Shown here piece by piece: positions 28,676 through 37,801 of a stretch of DNA of 64,000 bases. Made by a program: the position numbers and the translations under genes. Positions within the stretch are counted from its first letter, which is position 1, and each line of letters begins with the position of its first letter. Under the pieces are notes generated by a model, which searched no databases, had not been told where the DNA came from, and was given only the letters and a program-made list of their open reading frames with translations. Source of the stretch: Nitrospinales bacterium (GTDB lineage: Bacteria; Nitrospinota; Nitrospinia; Nitrospinales; VA-1); contig CBDCWG010000012.1 of assembly GCA_965223345.1 (NCBI GenBank), forward strand, positions 2,496,001-2,560,000, given 5' to 3'.

Positions 28676-31411
28676 TTGGATAATCCGGAAAAAGATCAAG
28701 AGACAAACAGCGATTACGTTCCTGTCGAGAAAGTATCTTTCAGCTTCGTGTTCTTTCTCGTGTCCGGCGCCACGCTCCTGGTGACGCTCTGGGCTTTCTG
28801 GGACGACGAATACACACGCCGGGGCTACAAGAAATACCAGGAAGAGTATTTCAAGGTGCAGTACGCGCGGTCCGAGGAAAAGTGGAAGGCGATCAACAGC
28901 GAAATCGCCGCCAAGGAACAGGAGATCAAGAATGCTCTGGATCAGGAGCAGGGGCGTCTCGAAGATTCCAAGGAATATCAGGACCTGGTTGAAAAAGTCC
29001 GTCTGGCCCAGGTGGCTTACGATGAAGTGAAGGAGGAGAAGAAATTCACCGGCAGTAGATTGGACGAGGCCTATTACTATTACAAAAAGGCGATGCACGA
29101 GGGGCAGAATTTCGACGTGCAGATCGCCAAGGTGAAGGCTCTGGAAAAAGAGCAGAAGTCCTGGGATCCGATCATCGCGGAAAAGAAGGCCATCCTCGAT
29201 GCGGCCGAGTCGGAACTGCTAACCTGGAAGTCCAAGCTGATGACCCTGGAGAAGGAACTGGCGACCCTGACTTCCAAACGCGCCCAGGAAGAAAGGACGA
29301 TGAAGTATTACAAGCCGTTTCCTTTCATCTGGCGTCCGGCCGAGATCAAGCAGACCGTCATCCCCGGATTCGGCATCAATAATTTTTCCGAGATCATCTA
29401 CAAGGTGGACAGGTGCATGACCTGTCACATTTCCTATGGAGACGAGCACTACCAGGATTTCGAGGAGCCGCTGAAGACGCATCCCAACCTGGATATCCTG
29501 ATCAAGAAACATCCACCGGAAAAAACCGGCTGTACCTGGTGTCATCTCGGTCAGGGCACCGCCACCGCGCCCGCCGAGCACGCGCACGGATCGCACCACG
29601 AAATGGATCAGACGCGTGAGATCAACGAGCCGATTTTGCACGGAAAATTCATGCAGGCCAACTGCCGCAACTGTCATGCGGAGGTGGTGAACCTCGACGG
29701 CGCTCCGGTTCTGTCCAAAGGCAAGCGGTTGTTCATCAAGCTGGGCTGCCACGGCTGCCACCTTGCGGACGGTTACGCCAAGGAGAAAAAAGTCGGACCG
29801 CGGCTGCTCAGGCTCGGCTCCAAGGTGAACCCCAGCTGGTTGTACCGATGGGTCAAGAATCCCAAGGAATACCTGCCCAACACGCGCATGCCCGATTTTG
29901 AACTCAACGATAAGGATGCGCTCGCGGTCACTGCCTACCTGATGGCCGCCTCCGATAAAGACTACAAAGTTCCCGAGACCTTCAAATCCGGTGATGCGGA
30001 TAAAGGCAAAAAACTGTTCGAGAGTGTCGGCTGTCAGGCCTGCCATGTGCTCAAGGGCAAGGGCGAGGTCTTCGGTCCGGACCTGAGCCGCATCGCCAAC
30101 AAGGTCGGCGCTGACTGGCTGGTGAGCTGGATCAGCAATCCACGGCATTACAACGACCAGAGCCGCATGCCGGATCTGCGTCTGTCGGTGGACGACGCGT
30201 CCCACATCACCGCCTATCTGTTGCAGTTCGGCAAGCCCAAGAAGATCGCCGGCATCGAAGAGCGTCTCTCGCATCCCAAGATCATCGAATACGGTGAAAA
30301 AGTGGTGCGGCGGCGCGGCTGTTTCGCCTGTCACGATATCAAGGGCATGGAAAATGAGGGCCGGATCGCTCCGGAGCTGTCGGCTTTCGGACGGAAGCTG
30401 ATCAGTGAGCTGGAATTCGGCGACGCTCACATCCCGCATACCTGGGAGTCCTGGGTGCGCACCAAGCTGGCGAATCCGACGGCGTTCCGGACGGAACGGG
30501 TTCTCGACAAGATGCCCAACTTCCACCTGAAGCCCGATGAAATCGACGCGCTGGTGGTGCTTTTGAAAGGGTTCAACGGCACCAAGATTCCGGCGAAGTA
30601 CCGCAAGATCCTCTCTGAGAAAGAGCAGACCATCGAGACCGGCCGCCGCCTGATCGAGCGTTACAACTGCAAAGGCTGCCACCATGTGGAGGGAGAAGGC
30701 GGACGCATTCAAAAGTACATCAAGGCGAAAGCGGAATACCCGCCGCCGCTCGAGCACGGCTCCTACCATGTGGGCGAGCGGATCAAGGGGTCCTGGCTGT
30801 TCTCGTTCCTGAAAGAGCCGACGCCGGTGCGGACGTGGGTCAAGGTGCGCATGCCCAGTTTCAACATGACCGACAAGGAAATTCGCGATCTCACGGCTTA
30901 TTTCGAAGCGATGGCGCCGCTGGATAATAAATACGAAGCGGGGCTGAATAAAGCAAAACCGAAAGAGGTCGTGCAGACGGGCGTCGGCATCGTCAACTAC
31001 ATGGACTGCGGCAACTGCCACGACGACGGCGCCAAGGGAATCGACTTTTCCATCGCCTCCAAACGCCTGCGGCAGGACTGGATCGGCAAATGGCTGAAAG
31101 ACACGCGGGAGATGATCCCGTGGACCAAGATGCCTTCCCACTGGGAAAAAGAGGGCGACAAATATGTGGTGAAAAGAAAATATAAAAAGCTCAAGGAAGT
31201 GGGAGACGTCGATGAGCAGGTCGATATCATCCGGGACTTCATCGTCGCCTACAACACCGCCGATGTCGATTTCTCACTGGTCCTGGGTGAAGAGCCTGCC
31301 GCTGAAGAAGACGAGGGAGGCGATGAAGACGCCGCCGAAGAAGAGGATGAAGAAGGCGGAGATGAGGAAGAAGAAGAGGAAGATATGGGCGATGAGGATC
31401 TGTTCGAGTGA
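28676..31411 (+). CDS. Membrane-anchored octaheme cytochrome c
   Basis: 8 CxxCH (CMTCH, CTWCH, CRNCH, CHGCH, CQACH, CFACH, CKGCH, CGNCH); N-terminal TM and coiled coil; acidic tail. Confidence 0.92.
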   Translation: MDNPEKDQETNSDYVPVEKVSFSFVFFLVSGATLLVTLWAFWDDEYTRRGYKKYQEEYFKVQYARSEEKWKAINSEIAAKEQEIKNALDQEQGRLEDSKEYQDLVEKVRLAQVAYDEVKEEKKFTGSRLDEAYYYYKKAMHEGQNFDVQIAKVKALEKEQKSWDPIIAEKKAILDAAESELLTWKSKLMTLEKELATLTSKRAQEERTMKYYKPFPFIWRPAEIKQTVIPGFGINNFSEIIYKVDRCMTCHISYGDEHYQDFEEPLKTHPNLDILIKKHPPEKTGCTWCHLGQGTATAPAEHAHGSHHEMDQTREINEPILHGKFMQANCRNCHAEVVNLDGAPVLSKGKRLFIKLGCHGCHLADGYAKEKKVGPRLLRLGSKVNPSWLYRWVKNPKEYLPNTRMPDFELNDKDALAVTAYLMAASDKDYKVPETFKSGDADKGKKLFESVGCQACHVLKGKGEVFGPDLSRIANKVGADWLVSWISNPRHYNDQSRMPDLRLSVDDASHITAYLLQFGKPKKIAGIEERLSHPKIIEYGEKVVRRRGCFACHDIKGMENEGRIAPELSAFGRKLISELEFGDAHIPHTWESWVRTKLANPTAFRTERVLDKMPNFHLKPDEIDALVVLLKGFNGTKIPAKYRKILSEKEQTIETGRRLIERYNCKGCHHVEGEGGRIQKYIKAKAEYPPPLEHGSYHVGERIKGSWLFSFLKEPTPVRTWVKVRMPSFNMTDKEIRDLTAYFEAMAPLDNKYEAGLNKAKPKEVVQTGVGIVNYMDCGNCHDDGAKGIDFSIASKRLRQDWIGKWLKDTREMIPWTKMPSHWEKEGDKYVVKRKYKKLKEVGDVDEQVDIIRDFIVAYNTADVDFSLVLGEEPAAEEDEGGDEDAAEEEDEEGGDEEEEEEDMGDEDLFE

Positions 31412-31500
31412 TTCGCCCGCGAGTGAAACAGGGCTTGAAACCGCAGGGTTTCTCGCGTATCAATGATTTGATCCATCTTTAACTGCAAGCACTTGGAACC

Positions 31501-31683
31501 ATGGAAAACACAGGACTCGAAAATTTTCTTTTGATTGCGACCAAACCCGATAACATTCCCATCGGAACCATGCTGATCTTCGTCGGCTGGGTGTTCTGGG
31601 TTGCCGTGAAGCAGATGATCGTGCACGACAAGCACATCAAGGAAGGCAAAAAAGAAAAAATCTGGGATGAAATGATCAAGTAA
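31501..31683 (+). CDS. Small single-TM protein with KPDNIPI motif, probable bc-complex subunit
   Basis: 60 aa; ATKPDNIPIGTMLIFVGWVFW; directly abuts the next gene. Confidence 0.7.
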   Translation: MENTGLENFLLIATKPDNIPIGTMLIFVGWVFWVAVKQMIVHDKHIKEGKKEKIWDEMIK

Positions 31684-32178
31684 GTGACCCTATTCATAAT
31701 CACATTTGTGGCTTTCATCGTCGGCGTCGTCCTGATCGCCCTGCTGAAAAACACTTCCCCGCCTCCGCCGCAAGAACAGATTCATTTCGACAATCCCGAC
31801 GACAAGCCCGATTACCTGATCGAACCCGAGGCGTTCAAGGAGAAATGCCTGGAGTTTCTCAAGAAGTTCAATCTGGAGTACAAGCACTCCGTCTGGGCCA
31901 CGGACAACGAGCTTGAGATCATCATGGATGACGAAACCCCCGTCATCGGCGGCACGTACCTCGCGCTCTGCATCATCGACCCCCCCAACAACACCGTTGA
32001 CAGCATCAAAGTGAAAGGCTTCCTCGACACCGTCAAAGGCGAGGGCGCCTCGCGCGGCATTTTCATCACCACAGGCTACTTTTCCGACGAGGCTTTGCGG
32101 ACCATCGACGAGGAGCCGGTGGAGCTGGTCAACATCGTCACGTTCATTTCCTACCTGAAAAAATTCGGCATTTATTAA
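31684..32178 (+). CDS. Membrane-anchored Mrr-like restriction-endonuclease-fold protein
   Basis: N-terminal TM; GASRGIFITTGYFSDEA...VELVN resembles the Mrr catalytic-domain C-terminus. Confidence 0.65.
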   Translation: MTLFIITFVAFIVGVVLIALLKNTSPPPPQEQIHFDNPDDKPDYLIEPEAFKEKCLEFLKKFNLEYKHSVWATDNELEIIMDDETPVIGGTYLALCIIDPPNNTVDSIKVKGFLDTVKGEGASRGIFITTGYFSDEALRTIDEEPVELVNIVTFISYLKKFGIY

Positions 32179-32410
32179 GCCCGGCATAGCGGAGCCTTCC
32201 GGCACGCCGGCTTGCACCCCCTTTTGCACGGGTCCCATGAAAACCCTTGAAAATCGGCCTGATGCCGCTGACTGGCGCACCGGTGCGTGCGAAAAACCGC
32301 CCCTGTCCGCAAAACCGCGCGGACCTTGAGCCTCAGCGCAGGCGGGGCCGCGAAAAACGAGGGAAACTATCCAATTTTCAAGGAACTAATCCTGTGTTAC
32401 CATAAATTTA

Positions 32411-33283
32411 ATGAAAATTTGCGATATCCTAGACAGCGACCGCCCCACGTTCTCGTTTGAGTTTTTTCCTCCCAAGAAGGAAGAGGGGTTTTCTCAATTG
32501 TTTGAGACGATCGGCAATCTGAGAAAGTGGAATCCCGGTTATGTTTCCGTCACTTACGGAGCGGGCGGCAGCACCCGCAGCAAGACCATCGATCTGGTGG
32601 GCCGCATCAAGCAGGACCACGGCCTGGAGAGCATGGCGCACTTGACCTGTGTCGGGCACAATGCGGATGAAATCCGGGCGGTCCTGGACCAGCTTAAGGA
32701 AAAGGGGATCGACAACGTCCTGGCGCTGCGCGGCGACCCGCCGGCGGGAGCAGAGCGGTTCGAGAAACCGGAAAACGGCTTTGGCTTCGGCAACGAGCTG
32801 GTGGCCTACATTCGCAAAAACTACTCGTTCTGCCTGGGTGTGGCGGGGTATCCCGAAGGACACGTCGAATGCGCCGACAAGAACCGCGACCTGGAGAACC
32901 TGAAGCGCAAGGTCGATGCGGGGGCGGATTTTGTGGTCACCCAGCTTTTTTTCGACAACCGGCATTATTTCGAGTTCGTGGAGCGGGCGCGCAAGGCGGG
33001 CATCGCCATTCCGATCATCCCCGGAATCATGCCGGTGATCAACGCGAACCAGACGAAAAAGTTCACCAAGATGTGCGGGGCCTCGTTGCCCGATGCGCTG
33101 CTCAAACGCATGGAGCCGGTTTCGGAGGACAACCAGGCCGTGAGCGACATCGGCATCGAACACGCGACGCGTCAGTGTGAGGAGCTCGTGAAAAACGGGG
33201 TGCCCGGAATTCATTTTTACACGCTCAACCGGTCCAAGGCCACCCTGGCGATTCTGGAAAACTTAAAACTCAGGGTGGTGTGA
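32411..33283 (+). CDS. metF: 5,10-methylenetetrahydrofolate reductase
   Basis: SFEFFPPK, VTYGAGGS, ALRGD, YPEGH, TQLFFD, HFYTLN. Confidence 0.96.
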   Translation: MKICDILDSDRPTFSFEFFPPKKEEGFSQLFETIGNLRKWNPGYVSVTYGAGGSTRSKTIDLVGRIKQDHGLESMAHLTCVGHNADEIRAVLDQLKEKGIDNVLALRGDPPAGAERFEKPENGFGFGNELVAYIRKNYSFCLGVAGYPEGHVECADKNRDLENLKRKVDAGADFVVTQLFFDNRHYFEFVERARKAGIAIPIIPGIMPVINANQTKKFTKMCGASLPDALLKRMEPVSEDNQAVSDIGIEHATRQCEELVKNGVPGIHFYTLNRSKATLAILENLKLRVV

Positions 33284-33326
33284 AAACCGCGGCCCTTTTT
33301 CATCAAATCAGCTGATCCCGGAACCC

Positions 33327-34091
33327 GTGCCGTCAATCCTCTCAGTCCTGCTAGCCCTGTGTGTGCTGTTTTCGGCGCAGCCGTCCCATTCCATAGACGG
33401 GAGCGACAACCACGTGACCGACGACATGGTGCTCATACCGGCGGGCACGTTCAAACGGGGCTGCGACCGGTTCGGTCAGCAGCATGGAGCGCCCGCGCAT
33501 CCGGTTTACCTCGATGCGTTCATGATTGATAAATTCGAAGTCACCAATCAGCGCTACGAACAGGTGATTCCGGAGCACCGGCTGCGCAGGAGCCAGTTTT
33601 CCCACTGCGATCACTGTCCGGTGACCAAGGTCAGCTGGTACGAGGCGGCGGACTACTGTCACCTGCTCGGCAAATCCCTCCCCAGCGAAGCCCAGTGGGA
33701 AAAAGCGGCGAGCAACGGCGACGGCTGCCAGTTTCCCTGGGGCCACGAGTTCGACCCGGAAAAAAACCAGGCGCGCGGCGCGGTGAAGCTGAAAGACAAG
33801 GCCCGTCCCGTGGGCAGCTATCCTCCGAACGACAAGGGGCTCTACGACGTGGCGGGCAATGCCTGGGAGTGGGTCAGCGACTGGTTTTCCATCCGCTACT
33901 ATTTCCGCGAAATCATGTACAATCCACGTGGGCCGCGCAACGGCATGATGAAGGTGCGCCGCGGCGGGGCGTGGTCGGACAGCGTGATCGCCATGCGAAC
34001 GGGCTACCGCGACTGGAGCTATCCCTTTTCGCGCGGATTCAACGACATCGGTTTTCGCTGCGCCATCAACCTGAAAAAGAACTCGGAGTGA
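33327..34091 (+). CDS. Secreted FGE-sulfatase (SUMF1/EgtB/PvdO) domain protein
   Basis: EVTN, LPSEAQWEKAA, GLYDVAGNAWEW, RGGAW, GFRC. Confidence 0.88.
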   Translation: MPSILSVLLALCVLFSAQPSHSIDGSDNHVTDDMVLIPAGTFKRGCDRFGQQHGAPAHPVYLDAFMIDKFEVTNQRYEQVIPEHRLRRSQFSHCDHCPVTKVSWYEAADYCHLLGKSLPSEAQWEKAASNGDGCQFPWGHEFDPEKNQARGAVKLKDKARPVGSYPPNDKGLYDVAGNAWEWVSDWFSIRYYFREIMYNPRGPRNGMMKVRRGGAWSDSVIAMRTGYRDWSYPFSRGFNDIGFRCAINLKKNSE

Positions 34092-34092
34092 C

Positions 34093-34827
34093 ATGGTCTA
34101 TTCGGCGAAGGTGGAGTACATCGGCAGGCTGATCGACGAATGCCTGTCCGAAGACGGCGATTCGCTGGAGCTGAACGGCAAGTTCATCGGCGATGAAGGA
34201 GTGGAAGCGCTGGTGCAGTCCGAGAAGCTCAAGCAGGTGCAGAATCTGGATCTGACGCGCAATTCCCTCACGCACAAAAGCGCGCCGCATCTGGTCAAGT
34301 GCCCGCATCTCACCAAGCTCAAGCGCCTGTATCTCGGCGAGAACACGCTTTCCGACAGGGGGATCGCGCAGATCGCCCAGGCGCCGTTCGTGGAGAACCT
34401 GGCGCAGTTCGATGTGCGGTTCAACGACATGGGCAAGACCGGCGGCATGGCGATCGCGAATTCGGAGCTGTTCAAACGGCTTCAGGTGCTGATCCTGCAG
34501 GAAAACCCGGTCGGCGATGAAACCCTCATCACCATCGCCAAATCCGCCACGTTTGCGAATCTTAGAAAGCTCAACTTCTACCGCACCGACATCTCGGTCA
34601 AGGGTGTGAAGATCCTGGCCAAATCCAAGGTGCTCAAGCGCCTCAAGTACCTCAATCTCGCGCGCAATTACCTCTACCTGGATGCGGCGAAAGCGCTCGC
34701 CGACACCAAAACGCTGACCAACATCGAGACCCTCCTCATGTTCGATACGGGCATCGGCGACGACGGCGTGAAAGCCATTATGGAGTCCGCATCGTTCTCC
34801 AAGCTCAAGACCTTCCGCGTGACCTGA
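34093..34827 (+). CDS. Leucine-rich repeat protein (~28-aa RI-like repeats)
   Basis: Recurrent LxxLxLxxNxxGDxGxxAxA units. Confidence 0.85.
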   Translation: MVYSAKVEYIGRLIDECLSEDGDSLELNGKFIGDEGVEALVQSEKLKQVQNLDLTRNSLTHKSAPHLVKCPHLTKLKRLYLGENTLSDRGIAQIAQAPFVENLAQFDVRFNDMGKTGGMAIANSELFKRLQVLILQENPVGDETLITIAKSATFANLRKLNFYRTDISVKGVKILAKSKVLKRLKYLNLARNYLYLDAAKALADTKTLTNIETLLMFDTGIGDDGVKAIMESASFSKLKTFRVT

Positions 34828-35087
34828 TCCGCCCCGCATCCCACAGGTTGGGCTGCCAGAAGGTAAAATCCTCGCCAACGTCATTCCTATAATTGTTCGA
34901 GCGGCGCGCCCGCAAAAGCGCTGTATTTCCCTTAACCATTGAAAACAGGGCGAATATGCCCGTTCCGAAGCGGGGTGAAACCGCCACTTAAGCGTTGAAT
35001 CTTCAGATTCAAACCTTCTACAATGATGGGGACAAAACGGATAGCGGTGGGGGTCAATTCGGAGGGCAACTCATCTGAGAGGTGGTC

Positions 35088-35471
35088 ATGAAATATCTAC
35101 TGTATATCCTGATTTTGATTTTTGCCTCGGTTTCCCCGGCGTTTGCCGACGGGGAGGTTGTGGAGGATACGGAGACCATTCCGCAGGAATTCAAGATCGA
35201 CGAAAAGCTGTATCGGGAAAGCATCGGCAACGACGGCTACTACCAGGGCGGATTTTACGCGGAAGAGAAGAACGGGCTGGGCGCGATCTATTACAGCAGC
35301 ACGGCGCACCGCAGGGACTTCGGCTTTGTGCCGGGGATCGTGGTTCTCGACCGTCAGGTCATCCCCCTCAATTTCATCTCACCGTTATTCCGGACGTTCG
35401 GTCTGGGACCGGGTTTCTTCCCCAGCACCTTCGGATTTCGATTCGGGGGCCTGCATTTTCATTATCGCTGA
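35088..35471 (+). CDS. Secreted hypothetical protein
   Basis: GAGGT RBS; signal peptide AFA|DG; aromatic C-terminus. Confidence 0.65.
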   Translation: MKYLLYILILIFASVSPAFADGEVVEDTETIPQEFKIDEKLYRESIGNDGYYQGGFYAEEKNGLGAIYYSSTAHRRDFGFVPGIVVLDRQVIPLNFISPLFRTFGLGPGFFPSTFGFRFGGLHFHYR

Positions 35472-35492
35472 GGCAGCATTCACAGACAAACT

Positions 35493-35533
35493 AAAAAAAC
35501 GGCAGAGAGACGAAACGTCTCCCTGCCGCTTTT
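35493..35533. terminator. Bidirectional intrinsic terminator
   Basis: A-run, CGGCAGaGAGACG-aaa-CGTCTCcCTGCCG, T-run, between convergent genes. Confidence 0.8.
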
Positions 35534-35554
35534 GAATCAGGATTGAATCAATCC

Positions 35555-36799
35555 TTAACGGGGGCTTGCGCCTCCGACATGGGAGATGCTGGTGGCAGCG
35601 CCCACGGCGGTGGTGGAGATGGTGTTGTTGAGCACGGAATCACCCGCGATGGTCACCGTCTGAGCGGAAACATCACCCAGATTCAGGTTCAGCGCTTTAG
35701 AGTGTCCTCTCGAGCGATACCAGCCACCGTAGTAGCTGTCCTCGAAGTGGGAATTGTCGATGGAGAGAGACGCTCCCAGAGCCGAGGTGCTGATCGTGTT
35801 GTCCTTCACTTCGCTGCCGGCCAGGTTGATCGTGGAAGCGCTGACCGGTGCGGCGTTGATGTTGTAGGTTTTCAGGTGAAAACCTTTGGAGCCCGCCGCG
35901 ACGGAGGTCTGAGCGCCGACAGCCTGCGTGTCGATCTTGCTCCACTCGATGTCCTCGCGAGCGAGGGTGAAGGTGTGTGCGCCCACATAACCGGTGTTGA
36001 TGTTTTTGGTGAACGCATGGGTGTAGTTGCCTGCGTTTTCAACGCTGGTCAATGCACCGGCGGCAACGGTGGACACTTCGTTGTCAGCAAAATCGCCACC
36101 CGCATAGGTGAAGGTTTTGGCTTTCACGTCCGCACCGTTGTAGTTGATGGTGAAGAAGCGGTTCTTTTTGCCTTCGCTGAGGATCCCGGTCTGGGCTCCG
36201 ATGGCTGCCGTCTCGATGGTGTTGCCGGAGACATCGTCCGCAGCGAGGGTTTTGGTCATAGCGGAAACCCAGCGGCTTTTGTTCTTGTTGATGGTGAAAA
36301 AGCCGTTGTAGGATTTTTCGCTTTCGATGTCCACCAGAGCGCCGACCGCAGTGGTCTTGATGTTGTTGTTCTGCGCGTCGTCACCGGAGATGGTGATGGT
36401 TTTGGCTTTGACAGACGCGAGGTTGGCGTTGATGGTGTCCAGATCGTTGCCATAGCCTTTGGTCTCGATGGTCGTTTGAGCACCGGCGGCCTGGGTGGTG
36501 ATGTCGTTGTCGTTGACATCATCGTCGTAGGCGAAGGTGAACGTTCCAGCGCGGACGCGGCCTGCGTTCAGGTTCAGCGTGCCCAGATAGTTGCCGCTGT
36601 CGTGATGGAGGATGTCCGTCGTCGCGCCCACAGCACCGGTGTCGATGGTGTTGCCGATGATCTGGTAACCGCTCACGGTCGGCGTGTGCGAACCCACGTA
36701 ACCGAGGTTGATGTTGCCCTGGTAGAAACTGTCCGCCTGAGCGGAACCGGCGAAGCCTACCAGCAATACCGCCAATGTGGTGAAAATTTTCTTTGTCAT
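35555..36799 (-). CDS. Secreted 414-aa repeat protein, HfaD-like/curlin-like subunit
   Basis: ATG 36799 after GGAGCAGGA; signal AQA|DS; eight ~47-aa repeats NxN..V.A.T.......N.I.T.AxGA. Confidence 0.75.
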   Translation of the reverse strand: MTKKIFTTLAVLLVGFAGSAQADSFYQGNINLGYVGSHTPTVSGYQIIGNTIDTGAVGATTDILHHDSGNYLGTLNLNAGRVRAGTFTFAYDDDVNDNDITTQAAGAQTTIETKGYGNDLDTINANLASVKAKTITISGDDAQNNNIKTTAVGALVDIESEKSYNGFFTINKNKSRWVSAMTKTLAADDVSGNTIETAAIGAQTGILSEGKKNRFFTINYNGADVKAKTFTYAGGDFADNEVSTVAAGALTSVENAGNYTHAFTKNINTGYVGAHTFTLAREDIEWSKIDTQAVGAQTSVAAGSKGFHLKTYNINAAPVSASTINLAGSEVKDNTISTSALGASLSIDNSHFEDSYYGGWYRSRGHSKALNLNLGDVSAQTVTIAGDSVLNNTISTTAVGAATSISHVGGASPR

Positions 36800-36881
36800 G
36801 TCCTGCTCCAAAACTAGGGTTGAAATAGCGCACTCATGTGCAGTTTGTTGATCCTTTCTCTTTCCTCTTGCAGGCTTTTGG

Positions 36882-37751
36882 TCAGTAAGAAACCAACTGC
36901 CAGTCTTCCGTGCCGTCAAAAGGCTCGACGGTGTAGCCTTCCGCCACCTGGGGTTTCGATCCATCCTCGACCCCTTCCACTTTTTCGATGATGTGGCTGC
37001 AGGATTTACCCTCGATGTTGTACAAATCGGCGAGCATCTCGTACACGGCCATCTTGAGCATGTTGCGCAGCGCAAAATGAACCGCTTCCCGATGCTGTTC
37101 TCCCAGGTCGATCAGGACCAGGGTGGTGCCGAAAAAGCGGCCGACGTTGCCGCCGATTTCATCCGCGACCAGCTGCTTGAACACGGAGGAGTGGGCGACG
37201 ACTTCGGAGGTTTTGGTGTTGGTCAAAAACAGGTCGAGGCCGATCAGCATCCGGTGCTGCCGGTATTTGGCGCCCGCACCGTACACATTCACGTCCGCGC
37301 CACCGCCGGGAAGAAAGTCCAGGCTGTTGATGGAGCCGGTGATGTGGTAATCGGATTTGACCCAGTTCACTTTACCGCCGAAAGCGGCTTCCAGTTTCAT
37401 GACGCGGGGGTCGCGGCGGTTGACCACCTTGACCATCTGCGATTGCAGCAGGGCGCTCTGCACGATGTCGCCGGCTGCCTGGGTGACGTACTTGCCGTTG
37501 CCGGTGTCCGAGATGGAGAACTTGCCGGTCTCGTCGCTCACGGAACCCACACCGATGCGAGCCTGCTTGCCTCTGTAGGAATCGCTCAGGCAGGAAAGCA
37601 GCTTGTCATACGGGGTCGTGATCTGCGTGACGGCACGGGGACCTTCCGTCAGCGCCATGTTTTCCGAGTGAGGGGTGGTGGCCGCACAACCGGACCCGAG
37701 CGTGATGAGCACGGCAGCCCCGAGGAACTTTTTAATCTTGTGGCTGATCAT
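36882..37751 (-). CDS. CsgG/HfaB-family outer-membrane export lipoprotein
   Basis: AAGGAGG RBS; lipobox LGSGC; TPY..LL.CL, IGVG.V.D.TGK, VTQ, ITGSI, GLDL.L.NTKT.EVV. Confidence 0.85.
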   Translation of the reverse strand: MISHKIKKFLGAAVLITLGSGCAATTPHSENMALTEGPRAVTQITTPYDKLLSCLSDSYRGKQARIGVGSVSDETGKFSISDTGNGKYVTQAAGDIVQSALLQSQMVKVVNRRDPRVMKLEAAFGGKVNWVKSDYHITGSINSLDFLPGGGADVNVYGAGAKYRQHRMLIGLDLFLTNTKTSEVVAHSSVFKQLVADEIGGNVGRFFGTTLVLIDLGEQHREAVHFALRNMLKMAVYEMLADLYNIEGKSCSHIIEKVEGVEDGSKPQVAEGYTVEPFDGTEDWQLVSY

Positions 37752-37801
37752 GTGAAATGCCTCCTTATGCATTTTCTAAGAGAGCGAATGGTGTTTCGGG
37801 T

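Noticed and set aside
32180..32410. SAM/SAH riboswitch upstream of metF
   Set aside because: GC-rich hairpins are present but no recognisable consensus; an Rfam scan would settle it.
36800..37075. Extended start of the repeat-protein ORF
   Set aside because: It overlaps the CsgG/HfaB gene; the RBS and signal peptide support ATG 36799.
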